Assembly (NCBI GenBank): GCA_950097015.1
Contig: CATNEN010000010.1
Span: forward strand, 2,418,001-2,482,000
Source: Macrostomum hystrix
Lineage: Eukaryota; Animalia; Platyhelminthes
Reading direction: 5' to 3'
Length of the DNA stretch: 64,000 bases
Shown here: positions 1 to 13,031 of the stretch, piece after piece
How the letters are laid out: every line of letters begins with the position of its first letter
How positions within the stretch are numbered: position 1 is the stretch's first letter
The notes under the pieces: model-generated
Told to the model about the DNA's origin: nothing
Database searches by the model: none
What the model saw: the letters and a program-made list of their open reading frames with translations, nothing else
Program-made: the position numbers and the translations under genes

Positions 1-140
1 TTTTTAACTCGTTAAAAAGTTAAAAAGTTAATTTAATTAACTCCAAAAAAATTAACTGTAACTAGTTAAATATTTAACTTTTGCCAAAAATTTAACTTCT
101 GAAAAGTTAAAAGTTAAAGTTAATTTCTACTTCTCACTTT
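1..140. repeat. AT-rich subterminal repeats (AAGTTAA/TTAACT), probable 3' subterminal region of the adjacent hAT element
   Basis: Dense short AAGTTAA/TTAACT motifs in both orientations downstream of the minus-strand transposase remnant. The TIR is not visible and probably lies left of the window. Confidence 0.45.
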
Positions 141-613
141 TTAAAAGAAATAAATGGAAAAAATCTAGTCAATCCCAATTGGGGTGGAATTTGTCCTGTG
201 GACTGACTGCATTTGGTATCTTAATTGTTGTAAGGGCAGCTGTGCAGCTTGCAAAGTTAATAATAGCAATTTAATTTAAAACATTCATTGCATGCTTAAA
301 TTACTACATACATTACATTCTACTACATTACATTATTACAAAACAAAAGTAAAGTATTTGGAGTTCTAGATTCCCTGGCCAGGCACAAACATAAATAAAA
401 TTGTCAAATCATAACAAAACTGAATATCCTTATGAAGTAATGCTAGGCAAGCCTAAGCCTCAGGTTAAAAAGTATAAATATTAAAAGCTAAAGCTTTTTC
501 TTTTCAAAATAGCATATGAACCAATAAACTAATATAAAATTTTTCATAGTATTTTCATTTAAAATATTGCTTGTCTCATTTGAACTGTTTATTAAATTAC
601 ATGACAAGTTACT

Positions 614-1413
614 TCAGGTGCTGCCATGCAGGTGCTTGTTGCCCCTCAGTAAAAGCAACCATGCAAGTGACAAATCAGACAGCGAGCCCCTTTTAGCACG
701 CAGGACATTGGTCCCCATTGAGAAAAGTTGCTCAACTGCTGCGCTGGATGGAATGGCCGTGTTGAAACGCACAAAAAGCTTTAACAAAACAGGATTGCTG
801 AACCCATGTTCAGAAACGCCGAGATTCGGCTTCCAAATTCCATCCAGCCATGTTGATAGGATTTGTTGAGCCCTCATCCTTGGGGTCTTCACTCGCTGTC
901 CTGACTTTGTAGGTTGAAGTGCACTTGAAAAAAACTCTACTGGGCATACTGACTTCAATGACGACACTGTGTCTGATTCGACTAGTTCAGGGCTGCTGCT
1001 GCTGCTGCTGCTGTTCTGTGTCACATTATCAATCTCCACTTTGATCAGCTGCAACATCCTTTTCTTTATGGACGAAACCTTGGTAGTGTCGTACTGCCTC
1101 AACCATGCAAGTCTGAACATAGGGTGAAAGGCTGCTGCTAGCATGCATGACTGATTATTGAACTGTCATTCAAACCGAGAATTAATGCCATCAAGCAGGG
1201 ACAGCACCAGAGAAAGCAGTACTCGAGTTCAGTTCGGCTCATGCTCTCCAACTTGGATCTTGTTATGACTACTGTTGGTAGTAGGATGCCAAAGTAGGCG
1301 TACATCTCTCCTTGAATTATGTCGAGGGCATGCACAACAGGCATCATGACATGAACATATTCCTTGAGGAATGTGACGTTGTCCACATGGAAAGGTGGTA
1401 TCTGCAGGTGCAA
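614..1413 (-). mobile_element. hAT-superfamily transposase C-terminal remnant, frameshifted
   Basis: ORF 1138-1413 (FLKEYVHVMMPVVHALDIIQGE..YFGILLPTV) followed in another frame by ORF 614-1144 with the hAT dimerisation motif FNTAIPSSAAVEQLFS. Confidence 0.85.
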
Positions 1414-3168
1414 TTGTCCTTGTCCTTTTGCCTTTGTTCTGACTTTAGCTTAGGGGCAGGGCCAGCCATAGAGCTAGCAGTCACAGAAATATACTCAGAG
1501 TCACTGTCACTGATCATTGATTGTGATCTAAGATTTATATTAGGAATACTGGAATAGTCAGACAGTGAGACAGGTACAGGTAGATATTCAGATCAAATTA
1601 AATAGAAAAATAGCAAAGCCAAGGTCAAAGCTGGCTCTTAGTCCAGATCATATTGGGTGGAGACAAGAAAAAAATGAGGAAAAATAGATTTGCATGCTAA
1701 GATTAGACTGTTTTTATTGTACACTTGTGCACGCCAGCATAGTATGCAAAAACAGGTACATCAAAACAAAACTGATAAATGTAATTTAAAAAAAGAAGTG
1801 ACATTTCTAATTAAAAAGTTATTTGTATACTGTAACAGGGTATACAGCAATTAATCAAAAAATATTTATAATCAAACTTATAAACATTATAAATGTTTAC
1901 ACAGCTAATAAAACATGTTGTTTGAGTCATTTAAAGTCTATAATGATTGATATAGTTATGTTAAAGTATGTTGCTATACTATAGTACTTATTAGTTTTAT
2001 ATAATTAATTCTGATTTATTGTAATTTAGAACTATCAGATATTGATAATATATATCAACAAGCAGCATGTTTTATCTTTTTTCAAAGGCACAGATATATT
2101 CCATACATGCCAAAGTGCATTCCAACCCCTTGAAATTTACAATAATGCCCACCTTGTATACCATGCATGTCCCTGTATGTCCCCGCTGAAGATCCATATA
2201 TGTCCCTGCTGAAATGGTATATAAAAATCAAATTGCTGAAAACAAAGCTAAATTTTGTAATAAATATACATCTAATTAGTAATTTTAATTATTGCTATAT
2301 CTCTTTTCTGTGTAATTGTTTTACTCTTATAAAATACAATTAAAATAGGCTTTATGTCCTCATACAAGCAGTTTTGTATTCTTCTAACCATTTTTAACAA
2401 AATCAAAATAAAGATTTCTACTAGTATAATAAAAAGTACTACAAAATTTGCATAAAAGCACCAAGATCATAATAATTCCTAAGGAAAAAGGCTATGCTAT
2501 ATTAAAGTTTGAAAAAATCTGTCAAAAATGTCACTGTCCATAATATCAAATCTCCATTATAAGAGTTTCTATTTTTTGTTAAATGCTTTTTATTACATCT
2601 ATTTTCAAAAAAGAGGGGTCATTTACTAATAAGGTATAGATGTCCATCAAAAACATAATAATACCTTATTGATATGCCTATTTTTTTAGCTAAAAATCAA
2701 GCAGTTATTACATTTACAAGTCTTAGTCTTGAAACTTACATTTGAATTAAATGCTCCAAATTTTAATAAAAGCAACCCATAAAGTAGTTTTCTTTTAACA
2801 TTTGTAAAACTTATTAAACATTAAATGGGTTCCTGCTAAGCCATTTGTTTAAAATAAGCTAGAACTTTCTATTGGTGTTCAGAAAAAAATGCAGACATCT
2901 TCTCAGGTCCAATAGTATGTAGATTAAAGGCTTGGCACTTGATTAATATAAAGATCAAGCTAATATGCACTTTATAGTTAAGAAAGTATGCTACTGACTA
3001 AGCATAATGCTTAAACTTATCGACCAACAAAAATATGACACCAGTTTGATGAATACAGCAAATCACTCTTAATGAATGCTTCTTGCAACTTTTTGTAAAT
3101 GCCTTTGTAATACAATAACTGTCTTGCTATCCAGTAGTAAAAAATAAAAAAATACAAAATTCCACCAG

Positions 3169-3876
3169 GAATCGGCCGCTGTAGACCCTGTAGAGCCAGA
3201 GAAAATTGTTTCCTACCTGCGCGAGCGCGGTCTCTCGCTGAAGTATGTTCTGACCACCCACAATCATCACGACCACGCTGGCGGCAACTCGCGCCTGTTA
3301 AAGCTGCTGCAGGACGAAGGCCTGCCTCGGCCCGAGGTCTGCGGTGGCGGGGACAAGATTCAGGCCGTCAGCCGGCTGGTGTCGCACAATGAGACTCTGA
3401 ACCCACTGGGCTCCACCATCAGCATCCGATGCCTGCACACTCCCTGCCACACTATGGACCACATCTGCTACCTGGTGGAATGCCCCGGCCAGCCGCCGGC
3501 TGTCTTCACCGGCGACACCCTTTTTATAGCTGGCTGCGGCCGCTTCTTCGAGGGCACGCCGCGGCACATGTGCACCGCCCTGCTGGACCGGCTGGGCAGC
3601 CTGCCGCCACAGACTCTGGTCTACTGCGGCCACGAGTACACGCGCAAGAATCTGCAGTTTGCGCAGTCTGTTGAGCCGGACAATGCCGAAGTTCGCGCCA
3701 AACTCGAACGCTGCTCGGCCAATCCAGACGCGCCGACTATTCCGAGCACTATTGGCGAAGAGCTGCTGACCAATCCGTTTATGCGGGTCAGCCAGCCCGC
3801 CCTGCAGACGCACGCTGGCAGCGAAGACATTGTCAAAGTGATGGAGGTGCTGCGAATGCAGAAGGACAAATTTTGA
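3169..3876 (+). CDS. HAGH: Hydroxyacylglutathione hydrolase (glyoxalase II), 3' coding exon; first exon not found in window
   Basis: Acceptor ccaccag|GAA at 3168. Open frame gives AAVDPVEP, THNHHDHAGG (metallo-beta-lactamase motif), HTPCHT.DHICY, FTGDTLFIAGCGRFFEG, YCGHEYT, PSTIGEELLTNPFMR. Confidence 0.93.
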   Translation, partial: ESAAVDPVEPEKIVSYLRERGLSLKYVLTTHNHHDHAGGNSRLLKLLQDEGLPRPEVCGGGDKIQAVSRLVSHNETLNPLGSTISIRCLHTPCHTMDHICYLVECPGQPPAVFTGDTLFIAGCGRFFEGTPRHMCTALLDRLGSLPPQTLVYCGHEYTRKNLQFAQSVEPDNAEVRAKLERCSANPDAPTIPSTIGEELLTNPFMRVSQPALQTHAGSEDIVKVMEVLRMQKDKF

Positions 3877-4397
3877 GCCACGCAATGACTGCCGTACCTG
3901 ATCACCGGCTCTGAACTTTCCTACTTAGTTGACGATTGCACTTTTTTTATGTTTGCGAACTGAAGGGGAGTCGATTAGTATTCATTGATTTAGGCTAATA
4001 GATAAATAATACTAAATTGATTGCCAGTTAAATTGTTTATCGCTTCTGCTTTAGTTAAATGTAACAACAGGTGATTCTAAAACTGATCATGCAAATTCCC
4101 GAAAGTCATTTTCTGATACTGTTTAAAGTTTTGTGTCTGCACTAACTGTTGTAAGTAGGTTATCGGAAGATTTTCTGTATTTGACCAAATAAATCTTCAT
4201 CGTGCAATGTTCTCGTAGCATTGTTCTGCTGTTATATTATTTTTAAACACCTGTTTAGATTGTTAGTGTAATAACTACTTGTTTAAAAATGTTATTCTGT
4301 GTATATTTCCTTTAGCAAAACAAAGCCTTTAAAAACCTATATTGAAGAGATAAAATAAAAACTAGTCGAAAATTTCCCACAGCTTCGCTCAGAAACC

Positions 4398-6003
4398 ATG
4401 GCAACAGTTGAACATGTCTCCGCTGAGGTGGCGGATTTGCTCAACGGTTTGCTGGATCAAATTGTGCTCGAAACCGACGGTTGCGTTATCACAGGCCTCG
4501 AGTTCGGTCTGCATCGCGGCAGAATCGACTCCGAGTCCTCCTGTAGCAGCAGCAGCAACAGCTTCAACGCTTTGGGCCCCGGCGAGGGCGATAGTGATAA
4601 CAACAGCCTCGATGGCGCCACCGATGAGGAGGATCGCGACGATGACGTCGATAGCAGACGGACTGCTGGCCGAGGTCGGGGCCGGAAGCGCCACTCGCAG
4701 CCGCAGCCTTGTCGCCCTCAAAAGAATCCACTGGGCGATCTGGCGGGAATCATCGGTCCGGTAGAGCGGCTGACCCTCACTGTAGCACCGGAGGTGCCCA
4801 TGCGACACTGCGCCACAGTCAGCTGCGTGCTCGGGTCGCTGGTTGTGGCCCAGTCCGAGCTGGACCTTAACCCTCTAGACATCAACTCAGTGCTCTTCCT
4901 GTCCGACAGGCAGCCGCTGGGACAGGTATGTCTTGGCACCTAATGCTGCACTCCAATTTTAGCCAATTTTCGTGGTTAATCCGTTCAGACAGTTCCCCAA
5001 TTATCCTCCAGGACTGATCCTCATTTCACATTCGCCATGCCACACACCACAGGTCATGGATGTGTTCGGCCCTGTTTCGCGGCCCTTCTATTCTATCTTG
5101 CTGCCATCACCGGAGGTTGTCACTGAGTTGGGCTTAGCGGTTGGCCAGAAGGTGCTATTCGCTGATGAGGAAAACCTGCGGCACTTCATCCTGCCCGCTC
5201 GGTTGGCCGCGACACAGCCGCGACCCAGCGACGCCTCCTGGCTCCGCGACCAGGAGCCGCCCTCTGAGTTCCTAGATTATTCAGACGACGAAGCAGAGCG
5301 CCAGGCCAAGCGGCAGAACAACAAAAAGCGGCCGAACGCGGATGCGATGGCGGACGACCCTGAGCCGACGGTGGTGGCTGGCGCCGGAGACAAACTGGAA
5401 GGCGATGCAGCATCTTCAACTGAGCCGCATCCGCCAGCAGACGGCTGGAAGAAGCGACCGTTCGAGGCGCCGACAGCCCAGCCTCAGAACCAGCAGAACT
5501 TTTCTCACCAGCGTCACCCAGTCTATCGGCATCCCAGGCCAGCATTTCATCGACAGCCTTCACCATTTCATCCACCGCCCTGCTATCCGCAGCGACAGCC
5601 GGTCTCTCACCGGTACCCTGTGCCATATCAGCACCCACAGCCTCCTCATCAGCACGTCTATGACGCATCATTTGCGCATCAACAGCCCTATCAGCAGGCG
5701 ACTCAACCGAGGCAGACCTCCCAGCAGCCGCATTGGTATCAGCAGCAGCACCAACAGCATTCAGCCCATATCCGGGGTCAGAACTTCTGTCAGCCGGTCT
5801 TCCAGCAGTATCGGTCGCCGCCTCAGCAGAGCTACAATGCGGCTACTACTTCCAGCGCTTCCGCCGGCTTTGAACAGAATTTACCGCAATGGAACAGTCA
5901 CATCGTTTCAAGTGTTCCTGACGGTGGTGCAGCCAGTAATCACCAGAGCCCAGGAACTACCTGCTGGCCTCCACCTGCTAATCAGCGATCGTCATGGCAA
6001 TAG
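4398..6003 (+). CDS. NAF1: H/ACA RNP assembly factor NAF1; exons 4398-4925, 5053-6003
   Basis: Gar1/Naf1 domain split by a phase-0 GT-AG intron (SVLFLSDRQPLGQ|VMDVFGPVSRPFYSI), SWLRDQEPPSEFLDYSDDEAE motif, P/Q/H-rich tail. Confidence 0.9.
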
Positions 6004-6319
6004 TTTTCAACAGTTTTTTTTATTTCAGACTTTTTACTACAAGCAACAGCTTGTAAAAAAGCCTCCGCTTGTACGAGTTAGCGATTACTGACTCGATTAG
6101 GTCCCGTGTCAGCAGCATTCTCTACCAGCATTGCCTGTGCAGCAATTGCATTTTAAAGGGTGTCAACTCTGTAAAATCAAGCATTATCTTTTGTGCAAAT
6201 AAAACTACAAAGGCCAATAGCTTACATTCCATTTTGGCTTGTTCTCTTCGGTGTAAATTAAAGGTCATTATTTCACATGCCAAAAAAATTACCACTAACA
6301 AGAGCCTTCTGAGCAAAGA

Positions 6320-6920
6320 TGTGTCCAGATAAAAGTACTCAGATCCCTGAGCACAGGTGTGTGCAAAGAGCAGCACATAGATCCCCTAAGCACAGGTGTG
6401 TTCAGAAATCAGTACCTAGATCCCCTAAGCACAGGTGTGTTTAGAAAGCAGTACCTAGATCCACTAAGCACAGGTGTGTTCAGAAATCAGTACCTAGATC
6501 CCCTAAGCACAGGTGTGTTTAGAAATCAGTACCTAGATCCCCTAAGCACAGGTGTGTTTAGAAATCAGTACCTAGATCCCCTAAGCACAGGTGTGTTCAG
6601 AAAGCAGTACCTAGATCCCCTGAGCACAGGGGTGTCTGAGAGCAGTACCTTGATCCCCTAAGCCCAGGGGTGTCTGAGAGCAGTACCTAGATCCCCTGAG
6701 CACAGGTGTGTCCAGAGAGCAGTACCTAGATCCCCTGAGCACAGGTGTGTCCAGAAAGCAGTTCCTAGATCCCCTGAGCACAGGTGTGTCCAGAAAGCAG
6801 TGCCTAGATCCCCTGAGCACAGGTGTGTCCAGAGAGCAGTACCTAGATCCCCTGAGCACAGGTTTGTCCAGAGAGCAGTACCTAGATCCCCTGAGCACAG
6901 GTGTGTCCAAAGAGCAGTAC
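6320..6920. repeat. 39-bp minisatellite upstream of RPS2 copy 1, about 15 units
   Basis: Tandem GATCCCCTGAGCACAGGTGTGTCCAGAGAGCAGTACCTA with variants. Confidence 0.97.
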
Positions 6921-6995
6921 TTATTCCGATCGTTGCCTTTCACTGACTGAGAATCGAAACAAATCGAAAATCCCGCCTTGCAGCTAGCTTAGAAC

Positions 6996-7862
6996 ATGGA
7001 ATCAGGACGAGGCTCTGGTCGTGGCGGATTCCGCGGTGGCTTCGGAGGTCGTGGCGGTGACAGGGGCGCCGCCGGCGGCGGAGAGGGCGGCGAACGTGGC
7101 GGTCGCGGCGGTCGTGGTCGCGGACGCGGACGCGGTGGTCGCGGCGGTCGCGGTGGCCGAGGCGGTCGCGGTGGCGACAAGAAGGAAGAGTGGCAGCCAG
7201 TTACCAAGCTGGGTCGGCTGGTCAAGGACGGCAAGATCAAGAGCCTTGATGAGGTCTATATGTTTGCTATGCCAATCAAGGAGAGCGAAATAATTGACCA
7301 GTTTCTTGGCAGTCGGCTCAAGGACGAGGTGCTGAAGATCATGCCAGTCCAGAAGCAGACCCGTGCCGGTCAGCGCACCCGATTCAAGGCCATTGTTGCC
7401 ATCGGCGACTACGACCGTCACGTCGGCCTTGGAGTGAAGTGCAGCAAGGAAGTGGCCACGGCCATTCGCGGCGCCATTATCCTCGCCAAGCTGTCCGTCA
7501 TCCCGGTGCGCCTTGGCTACTGGGGCAACAAGATCGGCAAGCCGCACACAGTGCCATGCAAGCTCACTGGCAAGTGCGGCTCTGTTGTCGTGCGCCTGAT
7601 TCCCGCTCCGAGGGGTACCGGCATCGTGGGCGCTCCTGTGCCCAAGAAACTGCTGAACATGGCTGGCATCGAGGACGTGTACACCTGCTCCCGTGGCCAG
7701 ACCGCCACCCTCGGCAACTTCGCCAAGGCCACCTACATGGCCATTCAGGGCACCTTCGAGTACCTGAGTCCCGACTTGTGGGTGGAGGCGGCCCCGACTA
7801 ACCATCCCTATGCCGAGCACAGCGACTTCCTCATGAAGGCCGGCCAGCCCTACAGGCACTGA
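6996..7862 (+). CDS. RPS2: 40S ribosomal protein S2 (uS5), copy 1
   Basis: RGG-rich N-terminus, [54 protein letters not shown]; intronless CDS. Confidence 0.99.
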   Translation: MESGRGSGRGGFRGGFGGRGGDRGAAGGGEGGERGGRGGRGRGRGRGGRGGRGGRGGRGGDKKEEWQPVTKLGRLVKDGKIKSLDEVYMFAMPIKESEIIDQFLGSRLKDEVLKIMPVQKQTRAGQRTRFKAIVAIGDYDRHVGLGVKCSKEVATAIRGAIILAKLSVIPVRLGYWGNKIGKPHTVPCKLTGKCGSVVVRLIPAPRGTGIVGAPVPKKLLNMAGIEDVYTCSRGQTATLGNFAKATYMAIQGTFEYLSPDLWVEAAPTNHPYAEHSDFLMKAGQPYRH

Positions 7863-8659
7863 ATGGTGCAGTGGTCGCCACAGAAGCATCGTGGACGCCA
7901 CCAGTGCTCACCTGAGACTTGACTCTGGCTAGCTAGCAGTGTGTAGAGCTCAACTGTTAATTTATTGTTTTAAAACGAATAGGATTAAGAAAAGGGTTGG
8001 CACCAACAATGTTGTGTAGCTAAGGGACTCGAGAAAATCATTATAATACGACCTACTTAGTGTTCACTATTCTATTACCATCACAGTTGCCATGCGCTGA
8101 ATTCTATTTGGCTGGCTGAAATTTGCTGTATCTTTTGACGGTCACGGAGGTCGCATTTGCATCTGATGCGTTGCTGTTCGATGTGCCAGCCGCTACCAGC
8201 GGCTTGAAGTAAAAAGTTATAAATGTTATTGTCTTCGGACACAATGGATAATTGCTTTCGTTTTCAATCAGTTTTTTGTGGTGGTCTGACCACGTTAGTA
8301 TTGGGATAATTTAGATACTCCAATGTTCAGGTGCCTTTTTTAAAGGTGTAGTTCTATATGTTTCCCATGCAGTGAAGACTTAGTCCGAAAATAATCCCAA
8401 AAAATGTTTTAAGAAATTTGAAAGCAAACTCCTGACCGTTTTATTTCAATCGAAAATCGCACGGCGTTACCTTCTTTTAAGGTGCTTTTCCTTGTTTGAG
8501 TGCCTTGATCAGCGCTCCGGTCCCAACCCCTCCTCCATCAGGGGAATCAGGAAAGTCGTCTGCGCCCTGACCCTGCCTTGTCTGACTTGCAGCAGGGCAG
8601 TCCGTAGACTCAGCGGGCAGGCGAGTCTCGCCCGTTCCCCTAATCGCTGAAAGGCTGCG

Positions 8660-9175
8660 CCGTCTCTCCATCAGCGCAGCGTCTCCTATCCCTCCTCCAT
8701 CAGCGCAGCCTCTCCTGCCCTCCTCCATCAGCACAGCATCTCCTGCCCTCCTCCATCAGCGCAGCCTCTCCTGCCCTCCTCCATCAGCGCAGCATCTCCT
8801 ATCCCTCCTCCATCAGCGCAGCCTCTCCTGCCCTCCTCCATCAGCGCAGCATCTCCTATCCCTCCTCCATCAGCGCAGCCTCTCCTGCCCTCCTCCATCA
8901 GCACAGCATCTCCTGCCCTCCTCCATCAGCGCAGCCTCTCCTGCCCTCCTCCATCAGCGCAGCATCTCCTATCCCTCCTCCATCAGCGCAGCCTCTCCTG
9001 CCCTCCTCCATCAGCGCAGCATCTCCTATCCCTCCTCCATCAGCGCAGCCTCTCCTGCCCTCCTCCATCAGCACAGCATCTCCTGCCCTCCTCCATCAGC
9101 GCAGCCTCTCCTGCCCTCCTCCATCAGCGCAGCATCTCCTGCCCTCCTCCATCAGCGCAGCATCTCCTGCCCTGC
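8660..9175. repeat. 28-bp minisatellite, about 18 units
   Basis: Tandem CAGCGCAGCCTCTCCTGCCCTCCTCCAT. Confidence 0.95.
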
Positions 9176-10264
9176 GTCTCCAGCCGCTTTTCCATTTGTT
9201 TCTTTTTTCTTTTTATGATTGCTTTCTTAGAAGCTTCCTTCTCCTATCGTCCTTTGCAAATTATAGTTTTGCTGGCATTTTAAGAGCTTTGGAAACCCAA
9301 AAATCCTGAAATGTCAAGCACCACTGCCTCTCGTAAGGCCCGTAAATGGGCTGAACACTTGCCCTTTGCCCAGTTGAATTTAAAACTGAAGCAAATTTTT
9401 TGCAGCTGCAGTTTAACAGCTGAAGTCTGCTGTCTGCTGAGAGCTCAAATGCTAGCTGAGTTCTGCTGTATTTCTTGCCGAATTAGCAGGGCTGTTGGGT
9501 TTTAATTTGCCCCACAAGACGAGAGGCGGTGTGTTTGGTTCTACCCAACGAGAAATTGATTGATTCTGTATTGAGCTCAACTTGGCTCCTTTAATTGCAA
9601 ACTCAAGCTGCTCGATGTATTGATTGAAGCCCTGGAGATTTAAAGCTACCAAAAGCCGCTTACTGGAGCGTCGATACTATTAGGGGAAACTATAATTTAA
9701 AGCTGCCAAAGTGGTTTGCACATTAATTAAAGCTCCCTAGAACCGCAGTTGCAGCTTCGGCAACGTCTATTATGAGGCATTTAGGCCTATCTCATCTGTT
9801 TTAGCATCCAAAAACATGATAACCCTAGCAGCTTTCCATCCGTTCATCTTGTCCTGCCTGCAAACCTTTTGTTGCCATGGAGTGGGGGTTTCTACTTATT
9901 CCTAGTGTGGATTTTGCTGTTACTCTTTACAAACGAGTGGTAAATCTTTCAAGCCGTTGTTTATGTGAAGACTGCCAGAGCTTTCTTATGGGAAATGCTA
10001 AACTAGGAAAACAGCAGTCCAGGCTTTTCAATGCAAATAGGAAGCGCTTTTCATATCCTTAGCGCACAATGGCCTCTGCCTGTGCAAGTAGGTCACGTGC
10101 TCCCTATGGGAAACAATAGTTGCTGCCGAGCTGGCTCAAGCTTGTCGACTATTATAAATCCAAGAGCAACTCGCGCGACTTGCAGACCGGCTGATCCCGG
10201 CTGGACAGCGCTGCGAATGAGATAAGAGAAGACTGTTGCACAGCCCAACTCAAGCAGAACTAGC

Positions 10265-10882
10265 ATGGCTCTGCCCGCTTGGCGTCGCGCCGCTGCAGCT
10301 CTGAAGCGCTTCCACGAGCTGGCGTACAGCCCGCGCTACCTGCTGCTCACCAACCTGGCCACAGTGCCCGCCCTGCTCGGCATCGGCGACCTGGCAGCGC
10401 AGAAGCTAGAGCAGCGCCTGGGCAGCCGGCCGGTCGGCCCCATCGACTGGCACCGCACCCGGCGCATCTGCACCGTCGGCCTCCTGCTGGCCAGCCCGCA
10501 GCACTACTGGTACGTGCTGCTGGACCGCCGTCTGCCTGGTCGGGCCGGCGGCACCATCGTGAAGAAGATCCTGCTGGACCAAATCGGCATGGGCATCGGC
10601 ATCAATTTCTGCTTCTTTCTGCTCATGCCGCTGCTGGAGGGCCGCGGCGTGCGCCAGGCCTTCGAGACGGCCTGCCAGAAGTTTCCAACAGCCTACCTGG
10701 CTGATTGGCTGGTGTGGCCGCCTGCCCAGGCTGTCAACTTCTACTTCCTGCCGCCTAAGTACCGCATCCTCTACCTGAGCTTCATCACCTCCTTCTGGGA
10801 CTTCTTCTTGTCCTTCTATCATCACAGGGAGCAGGCTGGTCACACCCCTGCAGCCGCTGACAAGGAAGCCAAGGCGCATTGA
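10265..10882 (+). CDS. Mpv17/PMP22 family membrane protein (MPV17L2-like)
   Basis: LLTN..LLGIGDLAAQ, DWHRTRR, HYWYVLLD, KKILLDQ, DWLVWPPAQAVNFYFLPPKYRILY motifs. Confidence 0.93.
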   Translation: MALPAWRRAAAALKRFHELAYSPRYLLLTNLATVPALLGIGDLAAQKLEQRLGSRPVGPIDWHRTRRICTVGLLLASPQHYWYVLLDRRLPGRAGGTIVKKILLDQIGMGIGINFCFFLLMPLLEGRGVRQAFETACQKFPTAYLADWLVWPPAQAVNFYFLPPKYRILYLSFITSFWDFFLSFYHHREQAGHTPAAADKEAKAH

Positions 10883-11462
10883 AGTTTGATGCATTTTAGA
10901 CCCGTGATCTGTGTGCAATAAAAAAATATTTTTATGAAATGCGAAGATATCAATATTGCAGGACATTCTCGTCTATTTGAAAATTCTGTATTGATAGTTC
11001 TGCATTTCCTTGTTTTAGTTGAATTCATTATATTAAACCCTAAAAAATTCTACGTCTTACTTATTTTACTGTGTGAGACCTGCTCACGACTTATCTGCTT
11101 CCTGATCGCCTACTTGAGGCCTAGTCTGCTCAAAACGAGCCTTTTGTTTTGTTAAACTGGTTGCCAGTTTCATATATCAGTTTTGTTTCGGTCCTTGTGT
11201 TTTCTAATATGTGGTTTCATAATTTGCCTCCTTAGTTTCGTATAAGTGTTCAGATTTTTTTCCAAATATAAAACCTACTCAAATTCTGGTCTGAAGCTAG
11301 TCTCCCAAGCTCTCATTCGCTGATTTAGCCATTGCGACAAAGCTGAACTATGGGCGGCAGATGTGTATGTCCTACCAGATCATAGTCAGGGCTTAAATAA
11401 TAAACTGCCACTCAGTTTAAATTGCTTGGTATACCAGCTGACTATGCAAAGCGAACAGCTGC

Positions 11463-12100
11463 ATCCAGATACAAGTACTCAGATCCCCTGAGCACATGTG
11501 TGTACAAAGAGCAGTACTTAGATCCCCTGAGCACGGGTGTGTTCAGAAAGGAGTACCTAGATCCCCTAAGCACAGGTGTGTTCAGAAAGCAGTACCTAGA
11601 TCCCCTAAGCACAGGTGTGTCCAGAGAGCAGTACCTAGATCCCCTAAGCACAGGTGTGTCCAGAAAGCAGTACCTAGATCCCCTAAGCACAGGTGTGTCC
11701 AGAGAGCAGTACCTAGATCCCCTAAGCACAGGTGTGTCCAGAGAGCAGTACCTAGATCCCCTGAGCACAGGTGTGTCCAGAAAGCAGTACCTAGATCCCC
11801 TGAGCACAGGTGTGTCCAGAGAGCAGTTCCTAGATCCCCTGAGCACAGGTGTGTCCAGAAAGCAGTACCTAGATCCCCTGAGCACAGGTGTGTCCAGAGA
11901 GCAGTACCTAGATCCCCTGAGCACAGGTGTGTCCAGAAAGCAGTACCTAGATCCCCTGAGCGCAGGTGTGTCCAGAGAGCAGTACCTAGATCCCCTGAGC
12001 ACAGGTTTGTCCAGAGAGCAGTACCTAGATCCCCTGAGCACAGGTGTGTCCAGAGAGCAGTACCTAGATCCCCTGAGCACAGGTGTGTCCAAAGAGCAGT
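11463..12100. repeat. 39-bp minisatellite upstream of RPS2 copy 2, about 16 units
   Basis: Same unit family as 6320-6920. Confidence 0.97.
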
Positions 12101-12164
12101 ATTGCCTTTCACTGACTGAGAATTGAAACAAATCGAAAATCCCGCCTTGCAGCTAGCTTAGAAC

Positions 12165-13031
12165 ATGGAATCAGGACGAGGCTCTGGTCGTGGCGGATTC
12201 CGCGGTGGCTTCGGAGGTCGTGGCGGTGACAGGGGCGCCGCCGGCGGCGGAGAGGGCGGCGAACGTGGCGGTCGCGGCGGTCGTGGTCGCGGACGCGGAC
12301 GCGGTGGTCGCGGCGGTCGCGGTGGCCGAGGCGGTCGCGGTGGCGACAAGAAGGAAGAGTGGCAGCCAGTTACCAAGCTGGGTCGGCTGGTCAAGGACGG
12401 CAAGATCAAGAGCCTTGATGAGGTCTATATGTTTGCTATGCCAATCAAGGAGAGCGAAATAATTGACCAGTTTCTTGGCAGTCGGCTCAAGGACGAGGTG
12501 CTGAAGATCATGCCAGTCCAGAAGCAGACCCGTGCCGGTCAGCGCACCCGATTCAAGGCCATTGTTGCCATCGGCGACTACGACCGTCACGTCGGCCTTG
12601 GAGTGAAGTGCAGCAAGGAAGTGGCCACGGCCATTCGCGGCGCCATTATCCTCGCCAAGCTGTCCGTCATCCCGGTGCGCCTTGGCTACTGGGGCAACAA
12701 GATCGGCAAGCCGCACACAGTGCCATGCAAGCTCACTGGCAAGTGCGGCTCTGTTGTCGTGCGCCTGATTCCCGCTCCGAGGGGTACCGGCATCGTGGGC
12801 GCTCCTGTGCCCAAGAAACTGCTGAACATGGCTGGCATCGAGGACGTGTACACCTGCTCCCGTGGCCAGACCGCCACCCTCGGCAACTTCGCCAAGGCCA
12901 CCTACATGGCCATTCAGGGCACCTTCGAGTACCTGAGTCCCGACTTGTGGGTGGAGGCGGCCCCGACTAACCATCCCTATGCCGAGCACAGCGACTTCCT
13001 CATGAAGGCCGGCCAGCCCTACAGGCACTGA
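12165..13031 (+). CDS. RPS2: 40S ribosomal protein S2 (uS5), copy 2
   Basis: Identical translation to copy 1; offset 5169 bp. Confidence 0.99.
   Translation: MESGRGSGRGGFRGGFGGRGGDRGAAGGGEGGERGGRGGRGRGRGRGGRGGRGGRGGRGGDKKEEWQPVTKLGRLVKDGKIKSLDEVYMFAMPIKESEIIDQFLGSRLKDEVLKIMPVQKQTRAGQRTRFKAIVAIGDYDRHVGLGVKCSKEVATAIRGAIILAKLSVIPVRLGYWGNKIGKPHTVPCKLTGKCGSVVVRLIPAPRGTGIVGAPVPKKLLNMAGIEDVYTCSRGQTATLGNFAKATYMAIQGTFEYLSPDLWVEAAPTNHPYAEHSDFLMKAGQPYRH

Noticed and set aside
7002-7901. 299-aa antisense ORFs over RPS2 (also 12171-13070) and similar shadows over other genes
   Set aside because: Codon-aligned antisense shadows of GC-rich CDS.
8040-10230. Short ORFs of 60-85 aa around the 28-bp array
   Set aside because: No motifs and frequent stops; possibly decayed element DNA but not assignable.
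11422-12131. Repeat-protein ORFs (DPLSTGVSREQYL) here and at 6359-6950
   Set aside because: 39-bp array read in frame; open on both strands, upstream of the RPS2 acceptor.
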